64,000 nt of DNA from a virus. Position 1 is the first letter of the stretch. Each line of letters begins with the position of its first letter. Under the pieces are notes generated by a model, which saw only the letters and a program-made list of their open reading frames with translations, did no database searches and was not told the origin of the DNA. This document shows, in pieces, positions 29,401 to 36,389 of the stretch. A program made the position numbers and the translations under genes. The stretch is from the IMG/VR virus record IMGVR_UViG_3300020036_002522; one strand, 5' to 3'.

Positions 29401-30067
29401 CCGCAGTTAGTGCCTCGGGGGCCAAGGAGGTAAGCCCCGCCCCTGCTGCAGCAGGGAGCCCGCCCGCTGCAGCAGGCACCGCACCAAGATCGATACCGGT
29501 TGCAATTTGTTCTGGAACACCAAACGAAAACGGTGCGGAACCCCCCGCAGATGCGGCAGGGCCTACCCCTGTACTCGCGCCCCCAGCCGTACCCCCCAGT
29601 GCTCCGCCGAGGGCGTTAACACCTGCATACATGCTGGCTGCCATTGCCGCTGGGCGACCGAGCGTGCGCCACGCCTCGCCAAGACCACCAAGGTCTTGAC
29701 TTTCAGGATGCGGGTTTACGTTGTCCCATGCGTTGAAATATGGATTCTGATCGCGATAACGATACCCGTCGCCCCAGCCCATCCCGGCGCTGGAAGCGTT
29801 AGCCTTCGGGTCAAGATACTTGTCGTAGTAGTCCGCTACCGACATCCCCGCGACTTCAGACGCCGCGTTACCGCCGCGGTCGTTTGCAACGAACACATCA
29901 CCGTACTTCTTCAGGAAATCGTCCCGCGACATGAACTGCTTTTCGGTGTACGCCTTCTGCGCTGCTTCCCGGGCGAGACGCGCTGCCTCGATCGACGGGT
30001 CTACCCAGTTTTCTCCTCCAGAGCTTGTGTAGCCTGTACCGGGGGTGTTGTAGTCATCGTACGGCAT
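26435..30067 (-). CDS. large virion protein (1210 aa) with Asn/Gln/Ala/Gly-rich degenerate repeats
   Basis: ORF track; AAGGAA before the ATG. C-terminal ~400 aa built from NAGFQNQAGQF(x)ANA(x)NT-like units. Confidence 0.8.
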   Translation of the reverse strand: MPYDDYNTPGTGYTSSGGENWVDPSIEAARLAREAAQKAYTEKQFMSRDDFLKKYGDVFVANDRGGNAASEVAGMSVADYYDKYLDPKANASSAGMGWGDGYRYRDQNPYFNAWDNVNPHPESQDLGGLGEAWRTLGRPAAMAASMYAGVNALGGALGGTAGGASTGVGPAASAGGSAPFSFGVPEQIATGIDLGAVPAAAGGLPAAAGAGLTSLAPEALTADAWAAMNTADAAALSGIGTEATAAGAGAWSAPTAGPGSAGWGMDLGKEAVGSPSLWDSTKAALTKQYVNADGSFKIADILKDGLTVAAVIKKLSEGPEVKNGTYNVQVPDRTMVGHTPIATPAGHVPGSGGVSWFTPHSFVNSGDTAALSAAQAKDAKRVAGLGALNAKNTDTYKSNLAAQSLTAPYTVPVYRNPLTDEDYMNTWNAAAGGMAPQQGAPMAPQQPLPARYLQGATDGMADQIPAVIDGKQPAAMAHGEFVVPADVVSHLGNGNSDAGAQHLYKMMDDIRTARTGTKKQGKQINPETFTAKAGGLAKAANYAKGGAVQHFATGGDLATGAASNITAVANNPALWQPYGGQLTAGTSALQQKAFDAYGNLGASGTVGGGGAAAGTATSQGYTAAQSTAQQADAAQAQAINAGPAAQYIATQATPAQQAAAQGYNVNTASATNVAPTQGYQSSLAGSQGYTANLLGAAERATARDATSQGYNATLAGAAPTVEKTTLGAAPTSNYQANLNSYQMAGPEKVNTDRFIDNGNSTAYMTPYMQQVVENQQRDAQRQADVATTQRQSNQMKQGAFGGSRTAVMDAEAAKNLAAQKGDIQAAGLQSAYTNAQAQYNADQARGVGAQVANQQAGIQTGTANLGANLQTQGLGTQVGLQQSLANQNLQGQYGLAQGQMDNAGNMQNAQLASQTNLTNAGFQNQAGQFTANAANTANLQNAQQSNQVSMFNSGQQNQFSLANQAAQNEAAKFGANASNQAGIANAGLQSAASQFGANANNTAGLANANAANQVGIANAGFQNQAGQFVANANNTVNATNAGFQQQANISNAGAINNATQFNAGSVNQNTLANAGFQNNAAIANAGYQNATNNNNAQLGTQVNLANTGATNQASQFTAGAANAASIANAGNQTQASVSSANNGTSAAIANQNYGLAAINATLNAGNVQQTTTQAGLNADYANWLAARDAPKAAATYGLTALPALNYAVQP
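26480..27600 (-). repeat. degenerate tandem coding repeats (NAGFQNQAGQF-type units)
   Basis: Recurrent DNA strings such as ggaacccggcgttgg (about 26940, 27003, 27301) and cccggcgttggcgatacc (about 27008, 27108). Confidence 0.6.
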
Positions 30068-30076
30068 AATCGTTCC

Positions 30077-30331
30077 TTAAACCTTGACTTTCAGCACGTT
30101 GCTGGCCGTCGTATCCCTGTAGACATCGCCAGCCCGTAGGGTAGCAACATCCGCTTCTGTTGGCAATGTATTGAGGTCAAAACTGAGCGTTGCGGCCGAG
30201 AGCCCCTGCGGGCCTTGCAGAGCGGCAAAGTACAACCGCAAGATGTTGTTCAGCTCGTTAACGTACTTCTGATTGTATTCGCGCGGGGCGACTGGTAGTG
30301 CCGGCGGCGCGGTGCGTTGAAAGGTTCCCAT
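30077..30331 (-). CDS. hypothetical protein (84 aa)
   Basis: ORF 30077-30385 trimmed to ATG 30331, 2 nt after the stop of the upstream gene. Confidence 0.5.
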   Translation of the reverse strand: MGTFQRTAPPALPVAPREYNQKYVNELNNILRLYFAALQGPQGLSAATLSFDLNTLPTEADVATLRAGDVYRDTTASNVLKVKV

Positions 30332-30333
30332 GG

Positions 30334-32475
30334 CTATTTGCGGCCGTCTACACGGGTATCGATTCGCGGGGTGCCGAGCTGCCACGTGGTACCGACCGTA
30401 TTGGAGCTGACGCCTATGGCCAACTGCCTACCGCGCACGCGCGTGCTCACCTGTCCGGTGAACTGGTCTACGTTGTAGGCACCAACCCGGGTGACTGCTG
30501 CGGAGCTGCTACCTCCAACGGAAGGCGGGACGGTATACCCCGAGCCGGAGTTCTTGGCCGGATACAGCGTGAATGTCGCCGTCGGTGTGATGCCCGTAGT
30601 AGACGAACCGGCGAACGTAATGTCAGGCAGCAAGCGCCAAATGAAGGCGAAGTTGTGGCCATCGTCAATGTCGAACTGCGCACTGATGACATACGCGTTG
30701 ATAGCGGTGGCTGGCGTCGTCTCGCCGTCGTCCGTACCGACCTCGTGCTGCACCAAGTTGTTACTGTAAGTGGCTGCAATCGGGTTTGTGTTGAGCCCCG
30801 TGTCCAACCATGCAGTGCGCGCCATGGTGCCGTAGTACCAAACATCTTCTGCGTAGTTGTAGACCACATAGCTGTCCACCGTGGTACTGCCTTCGGTACA
30901 GTAGAACCACCACACCTCATTGAACCCCTCGTTAGTAGCCGCGAAAATCTGATACCCCTGATCGTGGTCGAGGTCGTCGAACACATACGCGCGCAGGTCG
31001 CAGCGCAGCGTCGAAACGGTTCCGTCGTACTTATAGAACTTGTCGATACCCATCCAGTAGGTGACTCCTGCCGCTACGGCGACGCAGTTGGGCCCCGCGC
31101 ACGAGATGTTGCTGGCAAGGATGTTGAAGCCGTAGACCTCCGGCGCACCCAAGAACTGTTGGGAATACAGCGCGTTGTCCGTCCACACCAGAATCTCTTG
31201 GCGTACCTGCATCGCGGCGTAGATCAGGGACCCCGACGACAGGCGATAGCTGCCGGCCAGATTCGTTATCTCCGGGTACCACGACAGCGCGTCTTCTGAG
31301 TCAGACCACCGGATCAGTAGCGGGTCGAGCGTTGTGGAATCGATCTCATTGGTGCCATACGCGATGACGATGCGTGTCGAATCGGACACCAGCAGTACGT
31401 TTTGCACAACCGGGACGTAGGAGGCGCCGGAAGAAAGGGCGAGGTTCGTCGCTCGTGTGCCGGTGCCGGCGCTGGAGTCCCAGTAGTAAATCCCGCCTCC
31501 GCGCGGGCCGAACACAAGGTCTTCCCCGTAATTCATCTGCGACCAGACACGCAGCGGCACCCCCGCCGCTTGCGCCGAGCTGCCCCAAGTGCTGGAACTC
31601 CAAGGCCCTGCGCCCCACCCGTAGGCAGGCTGCTGCACTTCCGTACCAGTGTTGATCTGATAGTCGGGCTCGACGTTGGCCCCGCCGCCAGACGCCGTGG
31701 CGTTGGACGCGGATGCGGCTGTGATGGTGTATGTGTTGACGTCCGTCACCGATGTGATCTGGTACTCGCCGCTGATCGTCAGCCCGCCGATAGCCGTGGC
31801 TCCGCTGAAGGTAACGAAATCATTGACCCGCGCGCCGTGCGCGGCGGCCGTAACAGTTACCGTGGTGCTCCCGTTGACAACCGCAAAGGGGTTGTTGGCC
31901 AGCTTGACGTTGTAGAAATAGTAGACCACCGTTACCGCCGCGCCGCCGGCGCCCGCCACTGTTGACGTGGCTGCCGTAGCCACGGTAATGACGTAGTTGT
32001 TGGCATCCGTGATGGACGTGATGATGTGTGTCTGATTCAGGTCGAGCGCGGGCACGCCGCCGATCAACTCACCGCCGGTGAACGAAACAAGGTCTCCAGC
32101 AGCTGCCCCGTGCGCTGTATCTGCCACGCTAACGGTGGTGAGCCCGTTGGAGGTCGTGAATGGATTGGCCAGCGCCGCAGTGGCAGTCGGCAAGCGCAGC
32201 GGCGTGATGTCGTAATAGGTCGTGTTCTGCAGCGTATAGAACTTCAAGTTCGTACCGACACCGGTGTTCTTGAGCTGGTTGAGCGCCGTCCATGTCCAGA
32301 GCGAGCGGCAGACACCGAGGTACGTCGAAGACGTGACCTGCTCCCAGCCACCGATTACTTCAGGGGTACCTTGGCGAAAACGTATTTTGTCGGACTCAAA
32401 CCACCCGCCTTCTGACTGGTATCTTAAATTTTCCCGGTTGATCCCCGGCTTGAGTCGAAGCGCTTTGAGGGGCAC
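30334..32475 (-). CDS. tail/virion structural protein (713 aa)
   Basis: GTG start 5 nt after AGGAGA. N-terminus MPLKALRLKPGINRENLRYQSEGGWFESDKIRFRQGTPEVIGGWEQ resembles podovirus tail proteins as remembered; Thr/Ala/Gly-rich beta-type body. Confidence 0.7.
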   Translation of the reverse strand: MPLKALRLKPGINRENLRYQSEGGWFESDKIRFRQGTPEVIGGWEQVTSSTYLGVCRSLWTWTALNQLKNTGVGTNLKFYTLQNTTYYDITPLRLPTATAALANPFTTSNGLTTVSVADTAHGAAAGDLVSFTGGELIGGVPALDLNQTHIITSITDANNYVITVATAATSTVAGAGGAAVTVVYYFYNVKLANNPFAVVNGSTTVTVTAAAHGARVNDFVTFSGATAIGGLTISGEYQITSVTDVNTYTITAASASNATASGGGANVEPDYQINTGTEVQQPAYGWGAGPWSSSTWGSSAQAAGVPLRVWSQMNYGEDLVFGPRGGGIYYWDSSAGTGTRATNLALSSGASYVPVVQNVLLVSDSTRIVIAYGTNEIDSTTLDPLLIRWSDSEDALSWYPEITNLAGSYRLSSGSLIYAAMQVRQEILVWTDNALYSQQFLGAPEVYGFNILASNISCAGPNCVAVAAGVTYWMGIDKFYKYDGTVSTLRCDLRAYVFDDLDHDQGYQIFAATNEGFNEVWWFYCTEGSTTVDSYVVYNYAEDVWYYGTMARTAWLDTGLNTNPIAATYSNNLVQHEVGTDDGETTPATAINAYVISAQFDIDDGHNFAFIWRLLPDITFAGSSTTGITPTATFTLYPAKNSGSGYTVPPSVGGSSSAAVTRVGAYNVDQFTGQVSTRVRGRQLAIGVSSNTVGTTWQLGTPRIDTRVDGRK

Positions 32476-32484
32476 GGCAGTCTC

Positions 32485-32931
32485 CTATTTAGGCCAAGCC
32501 TCTATTATCGTTCGGATGTCGCTGGAATGGAGCGAAGCCTTTGCCGCCAAGATTCGATAGCTTTCTGTGCTTGCGTCGAATAACTCTCCGAGGGTATTGG
32601 CTCGGAGAGTGCAGGCATCGAGGGAGGCGGAGGCATCTCGCACGGTGCGGGTGATTTCGTCGCGCAAGCTGTCAGCAGCAGCACGAGCACTATCAGAATC
32701 CCGGCGGAGAGCAGTGCTTCTGGCCACTCCGTTGTTGACCGCATTGATAACGGCTTGATCGTTGCGAGTGCGAGTCGCTCCAATGAGGCGCTGATTTTCG
32801 AGAGTAGCTTCAACACGATCTTTCTCCTCAGAATCTGCACGCCATGATTGAATCTGCCAAGCTACACCGAACCCAGTGGCCGCGCTGGCTACGGCGATGA
32901 TGCCTGCAACAATTAACTGCGGGGGCAACAT
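32485..32931 (-). CDS. i-spanin (Rz-like)
   Basis: N-terminal TM helix LIVAGIIAVASAATGFGVAW followed by a charged coiled coil. Lies downstream of the endolysin. A TTG at 32958 is an alternative start. Confidence 0.7.
   Translation of the reverse strand: MLPPQLIVAGIIAVASAATGFGVAWQIQSWRADSEEKDRVEATLENQRLIGATRTRNDQAVINAVNNGVARSTALRRDSDSARAAADSLRDEITRTVRDASASLDACTLRANTLGELFDASTESYRILAAKASLHSSDIRTIIEAWPK
32505..32744 (-). CDS. o-spanin (Rz1-like lipoprotein) embedded in the i-spanin gene
   Basis: Alternative frame entirely inside 32485-32931: MRSTTEWPEALLSAGILIVLVLLLTAC, a lipobox, then Pro-rich ATKSPAPCEMPPPPSMP. Confidence 0.7.
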   Translation of the reverse strand: MRSTTEWPEALLSAGILIVLVLLLTACATKSPAPCEMPPPPSMPALSEPIPSESYSTQAQKAIESWRQRLRSIPATSER

Positions 32932-33641
32932 TGGGCAAACTTCATCAACGCGGGCCAAGTGCCAGTTTCCTGCGCCGCCGCGATGAGCGCATCGTCGTCC
33001 AACCCGCCGGACAGCTTCCGCAAACCGTCGACCAGCCCGGTATCAATCGCGCACTGCAGCAGCCGCTGCTCGTACGGTTCTGGTGGCGCAGCAACCGGAT
33101 TGCCCTCGGCGTCCCATGTTGCGCTGGCATACCAATCAAGGTAAGCCGCCTTGTCCGACCGCACATAGGTGGTCAGCTCGTAGATCATGTTGCCGGGAAC
33201 CTGCAGCGCGGTGATATACAGCCATGCGCCTTCTGTGATGACGACAGGAGAATCCAGCTGGCCATCGCTCAACTTCATGGCGCCTGCCGACGCAGGGGTA
33301 TAGCAGGGTATCTCCGCACCTTGCTGCAACAGTGTCAGAACGGCGCTACGGTCGATGGCGGCTGCGTTCTCTGGTGTTACATCGGCTACAGTGCCCGTCG
33401 GGGGCTGGCCCAACCGCATCAGCGCCTTGCTCTCTGGCGGGCTGGCGTAGGTGAACATCGTTGACTGCAAGCAGTTGGTACCGGGCGGCAGCCATACGCG
33501 CCACTGCAACTGCGTGGTGCTACCAACCTTGCTCGACATAGATACCGCGCCGCTTTCGTCTGCGAGAAACGGGGAGCCCGGTGCGAAGACGTCTTTGAAA
33601 TCTGTGGTGCCCCGGTTAACGAGGGCTAAGCAGTCAGTCAT
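32913..33641 (-). CDS. hypothetical protein (242 aa) between endolysin and spanins
   Basis: ORF 32913-33659 trimmed to ATG 33641 (ATGA overlap with the endolysin stop; AAGGGGA upstream). Confidence 0.6.
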   Translation of the reverse strand: MTDCLALVNRGTTDFKDVFAPGSPFLADESGAVSMSSKVGSTTQLQWRVWLPPGTNCLQSTMFTYASPPESKALMRLGQPPTGTVADVTPENAAAIDRSAVLTLLQQGAEIPCYTPASAGAMKLSDGQLDSPVVITEGAWLYITALQVPGNMIYELTTYVRSDKAAYLDWYASATWDAEGNPVAAPPEPYEQRLLQCAIDTGLVDGLRKLSGGLDDDALIAAAQETGTWPALMKFAQCCPRS

Positions 33642-34111
33642 GCAATTCCCCTTAAACAAAGTTCTGTTTCCATGGCCCGGCGCTTCGTCAGTCCGGGCAG
33701 CTCAACCGAAACTCCTGCAACGCGAGCGCGGTTCCATCGTCCAAGCTGCATGCAGGCTCCGATGATGTTTCTTTCGGCAAGGAATCGGGCGGCGGTACTT
33801 CGCTTGGAGTCGCAGGCAATGTGCTCTCCGATGTTGTAGGCTGCGTCTGAGAAAGCCGCGAGGACTTCGGGTGGCAGTCCCGGTCGACAGCGGTCCACTG
33901 CTTCAATGACATTTGACATCTCCTTGGTAAGCAAGGCTTTGCATTCTGGTACGGTGCGGAAATCGCCCATCTTTACACCTGTGGTGCTACCGAAGCAGAT
34001 GGTAGGCAATCCAATGGGGTCGCGGTACGCCCACTGTCGCAGCCCTTCTGCCGGAACCGCGAGCGCGGTTGCCAGCACAAGAGCTATGGCTTTGCGGTTG
34101 TCAGTCGCCAT
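33638..34111 (-). CDS. SAR endolysin, GH24 (T4/P21-type) lysozyme
   Basis: Start at ATG 34111: MATDNRKAIALVLATALAVPAEGLRQWAYRDPIGLPTICFG. A weakly hydrophobic N-terminal SAR-like helix leads into E-x8-D-x5-T catalytic spacing. C-terminal GLTKRRAMETELC. Confidence 0.85.
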   Translation of the reverse strand: MATDNRKAIALVLATALAVPAEGLRQWAYRDPIGLPTICFGSTTGVKMGDFRTVPECKALLTKEMSNVIEAVDRCRPGLPPEVLAAFSDAAYNIGEHIACDSKRSTAARFLAERNIIGACMQLGRWNRARVAGVSVELPGLTKRRAMETELCLRGIA

Positions 34112-34202
34112 TGTTCCGCAGCTCGTAAATTGCAAGCGCAAGGATGCCGAAGCCGCAAACGGCAATGGCCCAGCTAAGAATGCAGAGTGCTTTTTCAATC
34201 AT
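34101..34202 (-). CDS. 33-aa single-pass membrane peptide (holin/pinholin-type candidate), below ORF-track cutoff
   Basis: Read by eye: MIEKALCILSWAIAVCGFGILALAIYELRNNGD. ATG 34202 overlaps the upstream stop (ATGA), and the 3' end overlaps the endolysin start. Confidence 0.4.
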   Translation of the reverse strand: MIEKALCILSWAIAVCGFGILALAIYELRNNGD

Positions 34203-34624
34203 GGTGGGGGTTTTCCGTACTTGAATGTGAGCCACAAGCCGATGGCCGCAGTTGCGATACCGGCAATCCATTTGAATACTTTGCCGAACAGTTCGGCAAG
34301 GCGAAAGAACGATTTACCGAGCGTGAGGATGTCGAGGATTTCCTCGGTATCCGCAGCGGTCTTGTCGGTCTTGGCCGTGTTGGCGTCCAATTTTTCCTCA
34401 AACCGCTTGTGCGTTATGGCCATCGCCTGCTGCCCCTGATGTAACTCTTCGATCTTTCCGGCGGTTACCATTTTCAACTCGTTGATGATGCCTTCGATTC
34501 GATGCATTCTGACCGTCCCGTCTGTGAATCGTTTTTCAACCAGCAGCATGTTTGGACAACTGTCCGGCGTGTGCCCGGCAGTTCGGCGCTCAGGGCCCGT
34601 GTAATTCAGCGGTGCTGCAATCAT
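34199..34624 (-). CDS. C-terminally membrane-anchored coiled-coil protein (141 aa), lysis-cassette member?
   Basis: ORF track; ATGA junction at 34621-34624; C-terminal TM WIAGIATAAIGLWLTF. Confidence 0.55.
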   Translation of the reverse strand: MIAAPLNYTGPERRTAGHTPDSCPNMLLVEKRFTDGTVRMHRIEGIINELKMVTAGKIEELHQGQQAMAITHKRFEEKLDANTAKTDKTAADTEEILDILTLGKSFFRLAELFGKVFKWIAGIATAAIGLWLTFKYGKPPP

Positions 34625-35481
34625 GCTTCATCCTTTTCGTAAGTCCAGACCACACCCTTCACGATCACGCCTTTGTAGATCGTGCCGTAGAAATCAAGCG
34701 TTGGCAGGTGCAGCTCTTTAGCTGCGACCTTCCACATCGGTTCATCGGTGCTTAGGTCTTGATCCCAAACGGCACTGGCCAGATCGGTGATCGTCCCCAC
34801 CACATTCAGCACTTCCACAGCAGGCGTTTGCCAGTCGGTGTACTCCAGCATCAACGGGATGGTAAGTTTGCCGTTGTCGAACTTCGGCGGGTCTGCGGGG
34901 GTGTACCCTGGAAACGGAATGAACCCGAATGGGGACTTTGTGTACTTGTGCAGCTGGGTGAACTTAGGCAATTCCTCCCAAGGCCAGTAGTCAGTGACTA
35001 GCCCCGAACCTTGTATCAGGAACCCTTTGTCTTTGTCGTAACCGATGCAGGCTTCTACATGCTCCATGGCTACACCGTAGCGGTCGGTGATAATGGCCGA
35101 ACCTTGGCAGATGGCGCGCATCAGTCCCTTCTTGCCGTTGATGCGCTCGGTGGCGAACCCGTCCGCGTGCAGCGAGCCGTACTGGAGTGCATCCAGCCCC
35201 GGGGGCTGCAATGGGAACCCTGCAAAAGGATAAAGACCGTCTGGGCAGTAGCCGACGCGGTTGGCCGTGCGGATGGCCTCTTCGACCGACACCCGCCGCT
35301 TGTCCATGTAGTAGTAGCAGAAGTAGGGGCTGATCTGGATGTTGATGCCTGCTCGGTGTGCCGTGGCTTCGGCCGACGAGCTGAAACCAAAGCACGTGCA
35401 AGTGTCACCCGCTTGCATCTCCTGCCGCGTCCACGGGTTCAGGAACGATGCGCTGTCGGGGAAAACTTCTTGTTGCATCAT
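34621..35481 (-). CDS. papain-like (peptidase C1-type) cysteine peptidase
   Basis: QAGDTCTCFGFSSS resembles Q...C(G)SCWAFS. EHVEACIGYD resembles the His block (H-A-V-x-x-V-G-Y). A trailing DYWPW aromatic block is also present. Confidence 0.6.
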   Translation of the reverse strand: MMQQEVFPDSASFLNPWTRQEMQAGDTCTCFGFSSSAEATAHRAGINIQISPYFCYYYMDKRRVSVEEAIRTANRVGYCPDGLYPFAGFPLQPPGLDALQYGSLHADGFATERINGKKGLMRAICQGSAIITDRYGVAMEHVEACIGYDKDKGFLIQGSGLVTDYWPWEELPKFTQLHKYTKSPFGFIPFPGYTPADPPKFDNGKLTIPLMLEYTDWQTPAVEVLNVVGTITDLASAVWDQDLSTDEPMWKVAAKELHLPTLDFYGTIYKGVIVKGVVWTYEKDEA

Positions 35482-36389
35482 GTGATGTTACCGGTGATGG
35501 TGCCAACGGCATCGTACGTTATGTAGCTGTTGCCGTTTATGGCGTTGCCTGTTATGCCGGAAGTACCACTGGAACCGCTGCTCCCAGCACTATCCGCGCC
35601 GTTGGCCCCCGCCCCGCCGCCCGCGCCGCCTGCACCGCCGACAGTCCAGTAAATTGGTGGAGGAGGGCTGTTTGGCCCCGTCGTAGTGCCCGCACTACCG
35701 GTACTACCGGCGCTACCAGACCCTGTGGAGCCCGCAGCCCCCGCCGACCCGTCGTACGGAAAAGTTTCGTTTACCGTTGGGTACGTCGTGTATGAAACGT
35801 AATTCGTGTACCCGCCATTACCGCCGTTACCGCCACCCCCGCCTGTACCGCCGGCAGCAAAACCGCCTGCGCCTCCACCACCCCCTGCCCCGCCGAGGCC
35901 GCGAATGATGGTTCCGAGATTGTTTAGCGTGACTGCGTACGCGGCTACAAAAGCCGTTCCGCCGTCGGTGCCGTTTGTGCCATCACCCCCGTTTGTAGAA
36001 CCCGACGCGTCGCCCCCGGGACTGCCCGGACTGCCTGCACCGCCCGCACCTCCTGCGACACCCGCCGCACCACCTGCACCTCCTGCACCGGGAGTGCCGG
36101 GAGTTCCGTTACTACCCGGACTGCCCGGACTACCCGGAACTCCCGTTGCCCCTGCAATAGTGGCGTTGTTGGTGACATAAAGCGTACTGCCCGGTGCCCA
36201 TCCGCTGCCGGTAGTAAAGGCCGGAGACGCGCCACTGCTTGATCCGATGTTGGAGTTGATTGTGCAGGTCACTATCACCGGATAGCCGGGGCTGCCTGCG
36301 GCGGCAAACATATCGTAATTGTTCGTCGCCCCCGGGGCCAGATTTATCGTCGTAGGCCCCTCCATCATGGTGATAAGCGCGCCGAGCAT
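35478..36389 (-). CDS. glycine-rich (collagen/PGRS-like) tail fibre protein
   Basis: ORF 35478-36422 trimmed to ATG 36389 (TAATG overlap, AGGAGA 4 nt upstream). Long GxPGxPG / GGAGG tracts. Confidence 0.7.
   Translation of the reverse strand: MLGALITMMEGPTTINLAPGATNNYDMFAAAGSPGYPVIVTCTINSNIGSSSGASPAFTTGSGWAPGSTLYVTNNATIAGATGVPGSPGSPGSNGTPGTPGAGGAGGAAGVAGGAGGAGSPGSPGGDASGSTNGGDGTNGTDGGTAFVAAYAVTLNNLGTIIRGLGGAGGGGGAGGFAAGGTGGGGGNGGNGGYTNYVSYTTYPTVNETFPYDGSAGAAGSTGSGSAGSTGSAGTTTGPNSPPPPIYWTVGGAGGAGGGAGANGADSAGSSGSSGTSGITGNAINGNSYITYDAVGTITGNIT

Noticed and set aside
35806-36180. Pro-rich 124-aa + strand ORF
   Set aside because: It is the antisense reading of the GGN-rich fibre gene and has no start context.
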